The translations under genes were made by a program, and so were the position numbers. From the human T2T-CHM13v2.0 reference genome, Homo sapiens: DNA of 64,000 bases. Of this stretch, positions 54,427 through 64,000 are shown piece after piece. How positions within the stretch are numbered: position 1 is the first letter of the stretch; the number at the start of each line of letters is the position of its first letter. The stretch lies in assembly GCF_009914755.1 (NCBI RefSeq), contig NC_060932.1; one strand, given 5' to 3'. The notes below the pieces were generated by a model that searched no databases, was not told the DNA's origin, and was given only the letters and a program-made list of their open reading frames with translations.

Positions 54427-54502
54427 ATTATCATATGTCTCATGAGCTTGGGAGACACACTTTGCACTGAATCCAGTGTAATTTCCTTTGTACTTTTTTC
54501 TG

Positions 54503-54568
54503 TCATCTATATAATCTATCTATCTATCTATCATCTATCCATCCATTTATTCATTCATTAATCTATCA
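54503..54568 (+). repeat. (TATC)n/(CATT)n compound microsatellite
   Basis: 'atctatctatctatctatcatctatccatccatttattcattcatt'. Confidence 0.8.
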
Positions 54569-54713
54569 TGTGTTTTGATTGTTTTCCAAAAGTAAAAGAA
54601 AAATATATGTTGTTTTGCTGCTTGCTCTTTCAGTTAATTTGTTGTGACTCATCTGGCACATCAATAGATATTTACCTGCATTGTCTTTTCTCATTGTTTA
54701 AGACACTATTATA

Positions 54714-54874
54714 GGCTGGGCCTGGTGGCTCACGCCTGTATTCCCAGCTACCAAAAGGCTGAGGTTAGGGGATCACCTGATCCCAAGAGGTCAGGACTTC
54801 AATGAGCGGTGATTGCGCAACTATACTTGAGCCTGTGTGACAGTGAGATCCTGTCTCAAGGGGAGAAAAAAAAA
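54714..54874 (+). mobile_element. Free Alu monomer (FRAM/FAM-like)
   Basis: Single ~160-bp arm with A tail; flanks aagacactattat / aagacactaatat. Confidence 0.85.
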
Positions 54875-54953
54875 GACACTAATATGTGTATATACTTTAT
54901 GTTATATATAGTAAAATATATAATAAATATATAATAAAATACTGTTCATATAA

Positions 54954-55142
54954 TAAATATGAACAGTAAAGGATTGGTAATAAAAAATAGGGACTATATA
55001 TATATCATACAATCAAAACACATAATAGATTATATTATATATTGATTATATATATAGATTATATAGAGAGATTATATATAACTAGATTTTATATATACAT
55101 AGTCCCTATTTTTTATTACCGGTCCTTTACTGTTCATATTTA
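54954..55142. repeat. ~50-bp inverted repeat with TA-rich spacer
   Basis: Arm 54954-55004 is the reverse complement of 55092-55142 with 3 mismatches. Confidence 0.92.
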
Positions 55143-57189
55143 GTTTGTTCCTTAAACAACACAGTACTGAGCATTTTTCTGACACTGCTAAATTTTCTAC
55201 TTCAGATAAATTCCTCAAAAGGAATTGATGATTCAGAAGAGATACAAAATCTAATGAATCAATATCTATATATAGTTTATATCTATAGTGATAGCCAAAT
55301 TACGCTTTTAAAGTGTGGTACATATTCTCTTCCATCACCATTTCACAAGCACTCATCTGTCCCCAAATCATGTTTTTAAATCTTTACCAAGCTGCTACAT
55401 AAAAAAGTTCTACATCATTTACTTTTTCTCAAAATGTTCTTAGCTGTAATTGCTTTGCTTCACTTTTTACTAAAATTAGTTATAATTTCCTTTAGCTATA
55501 ATTGATTTGCTTTATATAATTTAGTGCTATATAATTTCGCTAATAGAAATCCATTACAATTAACGACCTCACTGCTATTTAATCTCTTTTCCCCTCTAAT
55601 TTTGATTTTCCTAGTATTAATATTAACTATGGCTAAACTTTACTTTGCATTGTCTTTTGTTTCAACTCTACTCCTATGACAGATTAATTACTTTGCATTT
55701 TCATGCGTATTTTTCTCCATCCTTTAACTTTTAACTTTTTTTTATAACTCTGTGCTAGATACCTCTTTTAGTGACTATATGGTAGATTTTTGTCCCACAC
55801 TGCATATTAAATAAACAAATGACCTAATTTATTTTTATATCGGGTATATTTTGTAAATTGCTAGTCATTTTTGGTACTTTAATATTTCTTGATATTTCCT
55901 TTTATTTGCTGTATTTCTTCTTATAATTTGTAAGCTATATAGCTTATTTTCACAGATAGTTATTGTTACACTATTGAGAATATATTTAAGTTTACCTTTA
56001 TTGAATTATCAGAAGCAGTATCTCTTACTTCTGTAAGATATAGGAATTGGTATATACCTAGACTCCTCGCAGCTTCCTCCCATTACTTTCAGGATTTTTG
56101 CAGTTTAATATTGCTAAATGACTATTGAATTTTTTTCCCCTCATGTGTCTTCTCTGCGTAGAATCTTAGTGTGAGCATTCTGATCTTTAACCATAGTTGT
56201 TAGAATGATAGACTTAGTCTTATTTCTATTACTCAAATGACCTCAATACTTGCTAGTCATCCCTAATGTTATGCTTGCTTATGAATGAGTTTTGCATTTT
56301 GATTCTTTCTCTTTGGGCCACCACAGGGAAGGTTTTAGTAAGGGCAGATGGAGGATGTAGAATTTTGAACTAATTTCCTGAGTACAGTATTGGAGCTACT
56401 GATTTCCTGACTCTTGGCAGAGTATCTCCTAGTGAAGCAGTTCCCAGCCCATGGACTGCTCTCACTGCTCCAGATTAGGGGAACTTTCGTCCAATTTAGG
56501 AAAGTGATCCCTGCATGGCATGATCCTAAACCTTCACAGATAAATGAGTTATAAAATTCCCCCTCGGGGGAGCCTTTCTGTTTGTTGGTGTTGCACGACA
56601 GCTCACTTTCCTTAGGCTGCAACCTCAGGACACAGTTGTTTTAGAACTCTACGGGAATCTCAGATTTTTCCTGTCTTCTGTTCCCCATCCTTCCTAGTTA
56701 GAAACAACTCAGTGGGGTTTTCCGGAGTTCCTTTATTTACTCTTCAAAACAATTTACAACTTTCTAAAGAAGGTTGCTATGAGGCTACCCCTGATTCATT
56801 TCTTCTTGCTGGTTCCATGTCTAGTAGCAATTGCTCAATGTTTGTGATACTGTATATCACTGGTGACATCCCAATTGCCATTTGCGGACAGATAGAACCC
56901 TACTAAAATATTGTCTTTCTCTGGTACAAAGTAATATTACTTTGGAATGTTCAGTATACTTGAACATTTCAGTATACCTTCTAATTTTACTAGTTATCAC
57001 AATTTATTTTTAAGTATTCTAAATCTTATCAAAAGGAAAAAGCAAAGAAGGGAACTTAAACCGTCTTACCAAGGCAGCAAAACCTACTGTCACTTTCAAT
57101 GTTATAGCACAGAAAAGCCTGGAAGTGCTGAGTTTGCTTTTAGCCACCAGAGAGAAGGAGAGAGACTGGCTATATACAAAAGAAGTCAG

Positions 57190-57380
57190 CTATCTAACAG
57201 ATGCTTCCAAGGAATATACAGAAGAGGGGCTGGTTTTTCACCACGTACATATGTGAGGCAGCCTTCAGTTTCAGCACCATAAAGGGATCTATGATTAAAA
57301 GAAGAAATCAGGTTTTGGCGATTTTTCAAAAGGATGTTTTAGCTTCCCACACAATCCCATTTTTCAACCTGCTAGAAATC
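57190..57380 (+). mobile_element. Decayed hAT (Charlie-like) transposase C-terminal remnant
   Basis: Translation FFTTYICEAAFS...IK...KRRN...LASHTIPFFNLL resembles the hAT dimerisation motif (F.TTYLCE.GFS....K.K.RNRL......LS...PRF..L). Confidence 0.55.
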
Positions 57381-57719
57381 AGTGCTTTAAAAAGATTCCT
57401 TACAGCTGCTGAACTTGATGTCTGCTGACCAAGCAATTCTCTGTTAGGCTAAGTATGCAGGATCCTGGGCTCAAGTGGAGTCACACTCAGATTTTGAGCC
57501 TCATATTTGGGAAGAAAATTTAGTGTTCAGCAAAAATTCAATACCCAGCAAGTTAGAGAAAGAAAAACACCAGCATCCCCTGGTAGAGTCTTCCCCATTT
57601 TTGAAATTCTGGGCATGTTGCAATACAACTACCACAATGAGGATGGATGGGAAGGGAAAGGCCTCCTTCCATAGCTATAAAGCTGTAAAGATTAGGCACC
57701 ACGGAAGGCAATATACCCT

Positions 57720-57878
57720 GTCGGCAATATCAGTATCATCTGGAAACTTACTAGAAACACAAATTCTTGGGCTCTACTTCAGACCTTCTGAATCAGAAAG
57801 TCTATGATGGAGCCCAGCAATCTGTGTTCTAGAAGTCCTGTTGGAGATTTCAAGGTGTCCTAAAATTTGAGAACCACC
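57720..57878. mobile_element. MER5A MITE
   Basis: 'atcagtatcatctggaaacttactagaaacacaaattcttgggc...tgaatcagaaa...gagcccagcaatctgtgtt...aatttgagaaccac'. Confidence 0.85.
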
Positions 57879-60079
57879 GAGAGTCCACGGAGGCCTTAAC
57901 TGCTTATGTCCATTTAGATTGGTTTTTTAAAAGGTTGGCTCTAGGAATAAAAGCAGGCTGAAAGCACACTCACACTTCACCAGATCCTTTTATAGACATG
58001 AAACCCTGTTAAAAATGAACATGAATAATTGTTCTGAACGAAGTGTGCTGATTCCAATGCCCAGGGCTGCCTCTAGCTCAGATATTCTGTTTGGCTGCTT
58101 TCTCCTGGAGTTTCCTTAGCTCCAGAGCATGCTGGCCATATGAACATAATCCTTTCTTTGGGCTGCCTCAGGTTTCAGGGAGATTGGAATGTCCCCAGGG
58201 TTGTCCTTTGTGCACATAATAACCTGGCCAAGGTATGTGAGTCAGAGGCCCACATTCTGGTCATATCTGCCTGGAAAATCTGGTTTTGTCGTGAATCAAT
58301 CCTGCTCCAGACTTCATCTTCTCTACCTTATTTAGTGTTGACATTTTTACATTTGAGTTGAGGTAAAGCAGAAGAGACCAAACACAAAACATATCTATTC
58401 TCCAAGTGTTCTTTCTCTAGATTTGTTTTTAAAATTCTTAAGCCTCTGCCAGGAAAGTAATTAGCAGTCCAGATAAGACAGCACCTATGCCAACTACATG
58501 TCTGCCACCATGCATATATAAAAGGAACTATAAATTTGATTAGAAAGTTACAGATAGTTTGCAGGCCCATATCTCACTTTCAGGAGATAGGAAGTTACAA
58601 GGAAAATTTAACAGGAAAGAGGATGGTTTCTATCTCTATGTCACCATTAATCATTATACTTTAGAGGCAAATGTTCAGAGGTTCTTGCGAATGAGAGAGA
58701 ATTGAAGAAGCAGAATGTAAGGGCAGTCCTCTGCTATTCTACTTCATTCTACTATCATCTTCATGCATTGCTACTTATCCTCCTGTGTGACATCAATAGC
58801 AAGAATCAGGCCACAGCAAGAGTGCCTACCGACAAATACCAAAAACCCAAAAACAAACAAACAAAAAAACTAGAAAAGAATATACTAAAATAAGAAAGGA
58901 AATCTAGGTAGTGTTGGAAATTTTTCTTGGAAAAGAAGATTTGGGGAGGTAGAGCTGTGTCTGGGATGCAGGGATATCTGGGAGGGATCTGAGAGATGGT
59001 GTGAAAGGGCCAGAATCAAGGTAAGCAGGTTGCTCACCAAGGTGTCAAGTTGGAATGATCAAGGATGAAAGCGAAGAGCGAGACGGAGTTAAATGGGTTC
59101 GGCAAAGAGAATGGGAGGAAGAACATGCTGAAGAACTGGGACTTGGGGAGGATAGAGGCAAGGTTTTGTAGGGCAGCAGTGACTTTTTTTCTGGGGTAAA
59201 AGGGAACCATTCAAATGCTGAGGGAATTCAGATAGACAGCATTTGAATTAGACAGTTATTCTGGGGACCACAAGTGTAAATTAATGTGCAAGGCCCTGAT
59301 GTTGTGGACAGTATCAGACCTTGGTGTCTGGCTTCAGGAAGCCTGCAAAGTAATTGGGGAGATCATGCAAATACAAGTGGTCTCATGCCAAATTACAGAC
59401 TCAGGGCTTGAGGCAGAGCACTGCCTTTGAAAGTCCCCCATAAATTTTTGATGTTGGTGACAGTTTTGACTTTTTTAAGGCTTCAAAATTGAGTGAGTGA
59501 CAATAAGTTGTTAGAATTTCCCTCAAAAAAATAAATCTGGAGAAACATACTGGAATTCTAAAAATGGAAATTTAACATTTTGAAAGAGACTTAGAAGTAA
59601 CTTGATGAATGTTGTTATGAAAGAGGCTTTGTGAATTAAAAGCCGACTTTAGACGAGAAAGATAGGTTAATTTTCTAACCCTTTGAAGCAAATGGCTCAA
59701 AATCTCTTAAAACCAAAACTGTTTAATGTGGTTCCCCTGATCTAATTGACATTTATCAGGATCTACTATTTATTTTGCAGTGAAATATAATATCATAATA
59801 TTCTAAGTAGCTGGATTAAATAGTAATATATCATATTCTAAAGTTCTTTGTAGAAATTTTGGAATCCAGGGAAGGCAAAACTCTCCCCACCACTTCAAAC
59901 AGCCTGTTCGATATCTTCACACAGATTTCCACCTACCTCTCTACACCTCTACCTACCTGTCTGAAATGCATTTTATTGGTTTACTTATTTATTTTTAGCT
60001 TAAAGAGATCTCAATTATCTTCATTGCGATTCTAGAATCAGATAATACTTTATTCCATAAAGTAAAATAAATGTTCCTT

Positions 60080-60900
60080 GAAATGCATTTTAAACTTACC
60101 ATATCCCAAACAAAATTCCACTTAATCCCTACCAAATTTCTCTGTTTTCCTTATTTTGCTAAATGACAACAGGATTAGTTCTGTTGCTCAGGTCAGAAAT
60201 ATTCACATTTTTTTTTCCCCGCTCTTTCACCCCCGAAGTCTAATTAAGCCAGTCCATTTCTGAGCACCTCCAGCCCTTTTGTTGACCACACTCGTCTTTC
60301 ACTATGATTGGTGCAAGAGCCCCTAAAGTGTCTCCTGGATCCTATGCTTGCTCCTACAGTCTATTATCAATACAGCAGGTTAAAGCAAAAGTCCCATCAT
60401 GTCACTTCTATGTTTCAAAACTCTCCAGTGGCTTCCCATTGTCATCAGAAGACTAGATTATTCATCATCAAATGTTGCAGCTATCACACTGATGGCATAT
60501 TCTCCCATTCCTCCCCTCATTCAAGCCACTCCGGTCATTGGCCTCCATATATTTTTCTTTGCTATTCCCACTCCCTGTAATGCTCTTTCCCAGAGGTCTA
60601 AGTCACTTAATCCCTCACTTCTTCAAGTTTAGGCTCACAGATCACCTTCAGGGAAGGCCTTCCCCAGACACACACTATGAAGTTGTACACTGCCCCTCCC
60701 CCAGACCCTCCTTATATGTCTTCTGTGCTTTACATTTCCTTCCTTTAATTTTAACTAGATTTCTTATCAACATCTGATTCTGTATATTTTACTTGTTTGT
60801 TCATCATCTCCAGTCGGCATAATGTAATCTCCATGAGAATGGAAGCTGGCCAGCTTTACCTATTACTCTCTCCTTAGCACCTGAAACAGCTCCAGCCACC
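60080..60900 (+). mobile_element. L2 LINE 3' region
   Basis: 'catcatgtcacttctatgtttcaaaactctccagtggcttcccatt', 'tcaccttcagggaaggccttcccc', 'aatgtaatctccatgagaatgg'. Confidence 0.8.
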
Positions 60901-62899
60901 ATGGGCACTCTCCATAGATACTCCTTACTCCGTGCTTCTGCTCTTCTCTTGCTGGATTATCGCAAAAGCTCCCCAAATACCCTCCTAGATTTTACCAATC
61001 CAAAGATGAATATTATGTTTTTAGTAGTGCATTTACCCTATGAGGCATATGAATGAAAACTTTCAAAGCTTCCTTCTACATGAAGTTTAGTTCCTCTTGT
61101 TTGATTTGCAAGACTGCATCTGAATTTATCTTACCTATCTGGATATATTGTTTGTTACTTGCAACGTATTCAATTCTTATTCAATTCAAAAAAACATTTG
61201 ACAAATGTCTACTCTTTAGTTAGATACTGTTTTCTTCCAGAAAGTATTCAGGGAAGATTAAAAATATTTTATGTATGTGTATGAGTGTGTGTGCTTTTCC
61301 ATGATAATGTACAGAAGGATGACTGCCCATGAACCTGAAATCTGAATGCCATTCCAGTCCAACATGAAAAAATTGTTAATTTGCTTATTTAAATCTTCTC
61401 TCATCCATTACATGGTTTAACTGAATGGACATTCGACATCAGGGAATTTTTTAAGGGAATTATATCACCTTATTGGGTGTTTTGGTTTTTTAAAGTATAA
61501 AAAATAGCACAAATCACCATCCATTCTCTTACTGTTTGTATTATTTAAAACTCCCTCCTCATTATGGATTCGGCTGTTGTGAGTGTATCTTTACTGATCC
61601 TTTTAGCCCAGTAATTGGCTGCTACTTGGTCCTATTTTCAGTCTCCTTGCTTTTTCTTACAGAGTGAAACATCAGGATCAGTTGGATCTCATAACATCAC
61701 CAAGCAAGCAAAATTGTAACTACTGCTATCGCAACCAATCCCCTTAATGAGCTCTGACCTCTTTTCTCTTGACTAGTCCATCTTCCTTAAGTCTATTTTG
61801 TAAGTGCCAGAGACTTTTCAGCAACATTTATTTAACAAATATTTATTGATCACGCACATGTACTAGGTACTATCATAGGCTCTGTGATAGGTACAATAAT
61901 CTCTGTGGATACAAACTTTCATTGCCTCATTCACTGTTAAGACTAAGTCAATAGAAGGTGATTAATGACACAAACCTTGGAACAGAATTTACTAATATTT
62001 ATAACAGCATTTCCTCTAGCAAGATCTCACTGGCCAGTATAAAATCAAATCTCAGTCAGTTATTTTAAATTCAATCACATTTACTATCTTTATCAGCCCC
62101 ACTTGTATCCCACTTCAAATACTCTCTGCCTCACCTCTTCTTGACAACTATTTCTTCCCATGCTTCAAGGTGGGACAAGCAACTTTGTGCAAATGCAAAG
62201 TTCAGCATTTTGCCTCATCCAGGTTTCTTCCAGATCTTATTTCCTGCCCCAGGATGGCCAATGGGAATCATTCAATACATATATATGTGCAACTCAAATG
62301 CTCAGGGATTTTAGTGCCCAAGGCCCACCCTTGACCAGAAGCCTATGAATAAATGCTTTGTCCTTTCATCCTTCAGTGGGCACACCTCATTAGGCTCCTC
62401 AAAAATTCTTGTGGGGTTGAGCAACAGCCACCTGTCCAGGGTTGGCTCAATGACTCATGCTGTGTTGCCTTTCCTCCTTTCATGTTTTATACTCATGTCC
62501 CTCACTCCTGCCTCCCGGGTCAAACAACCACTCACACATAAGCCTCTGCCTCACACCCTGCATTGGGGAGGACCAAGCTAAGAGCTACTTAACCTTAACT
62601 ATATGCAGCATGATTTTTACCACTTTTCAAGGGAATATAATTATAAGTATACTATAGTATTCTATACAAAATCCCCAATATAGGGCTGGGCCATATTTTC
62701 TTTTCTTTATCTCCAAGATGAAATAATCACTAAGAAGTACCTTAAGAAATCTCTTTTAGAGTTTAAAATATACCAAGCTCTATCTAAGCTAGACTTTAAT
62801 TACATAAAAATAGGAAAAACAAAATCCTTTCCTTTAAGACACTTGCAGTGTTTTGGCAAACACAGACATCTACATAAATAATTCAGTCACAGTTGAAGT

Positions 62900-64000
62900 A
62901 AGAGCTATGGTAAAGATTTGCACAGGTGCTAAGACTTTTGGAAGAAAACCTTCAGAAAAGAGGAGAATCTAGAAGGAAAAGCTAGAAATAAGCCAAATAG
63001 TAAAATGCAGAGGGATGGCGTGGTGGGGAGGGGTAGATATATTCTGCCAGAGGTAATAGTATAATGACACAGAGGCTTAATAACAAAACACCTGAAAAAA
63101 GCAAAAGCGGTTTGGAGTTTATGGAGTATAAAATCCATGGTGGAGGATCCAAGAGGATGAATTTGCAGACACAGGTAGGGATTATGCAATATAGAGACTC
63201 AAATGACTTACGAAGGAAGCCATAACTCATCTTGTAGGTAATGAGAAGCCAATAAAAATGGTAGTTCTAAAATCCTTGTGAGTCAAGGATTATTTTGAGA
63301 AGCTGGCTAAAATTACTGTCTCTCTCTCCAAAAAAGATCACATCCACCCACAACTCTTCATTCCACCCACTGTGAATTATTGTGATTATATACTCATGTT
63401 AAGACTGCTTACTCACAAATCTAGCCATATTATTCTCATACTTTATTTTAGAGCAAGAGGTCTTGACATTATACTCCTAAAATATTGAGAGCAACATGAG
63501 TATACTTATGTCTTAACATGAGTATAATGTTAACATGAATATAATGTGAAGACCTCTTGCTCTAAAATATTTAAAGCATGAGAAAAATATGGCTGGATTT
63601 GTGTTTTGAACATTCTGATAGCCTTATGGAAAAGGGGTTTCTAAGTATGGCTGTCTGTAAGGAAACTACACAATAATCCAGACAAATCAAGATGAGAAAT
63701 CACACTATGGTGGTACTATAAAGAAGTGATAGATTCGAGACATTTCTTTAAGAAGTAGATTCAGCAAGACAGATTGGTTAGCCATGTGCAATGAGAGGCA
63801 GAGTGATTCGGAAGATGAGTTTGCTTTTGGACATGTTGCCTTTGAGGTGCTTATCTTGCATACAAGTAATATGTCCTATAAGGATTTGGGTACACCAATC
63901 TTGAGCTGATGGTTTAAGATAAAGGTTTAAAATATCTCAACCTATATGAACTTAATAAAACTATCAAAGTGGTTGAGATGATTCAGGGGGATGATTAGAA
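62900..64000 (-). mobile_element. Fragmented L2, runs off the window
   Basis: 'tgtaggtaatgagaagcca', 'ataatccagacaaa', 'atgagtttgcttttggacatgttgcctttgaggtgc'. Confidence 0.65.
63414..63603. repeat. ~65-bp inverted repeat with mosaic spacer
   Basis: 63414-63476 is the reverse complement of 63537-63603 (about 5 mismatches and one 4-bp gap). Confidence 0.92.

Noticed and set aside
58512-58526. TATA-like 'tatataaaagg'
   Set aside because: Expected by chance in AT-rich DNA; no downstream exon or other promoter evidence.

Overview
Primate (very likely human) AT-rich intergenic or deep-intronic DNA made up largely of transposable-element fossils. It contains Alus (including a young AluYa-lineage copy), a full-length L1MA-type LINE with five nested insertions, a 3.5-kb L1PB, at least seven MER34/MER39/MER31-group ERV1 LTRs, MaLR LTRs (MLT1, THE1), a MER11 solo LTR, a 3'-truncated ERV1 with a tRNA-Ile primer-binding site, DNA transposons (MER1B, MER47, Tigger1, MER5A), MIR/L2 relics and a 3'-truncated 5S rRNA retropseudogene. 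I found no credible host protein-coding exon; the longer ORFs are explained by repeats or chance. I did not find evidence of a new gene-encoded system. The most unexplained signal is a set of local templated rearrangements: a 406-bp ~92%-identical direct copy 3236 bp away, two long inverted-duplication mosaics, a perfect 16-bp hairpin and an exact 26-bp distant copy. Subfamily names come from recalled consensus sequences, were not computed, and need RepeatMasker/Dfam confirmation. Boundaries are approximate unless a target-site duplication (TSD) is cited.
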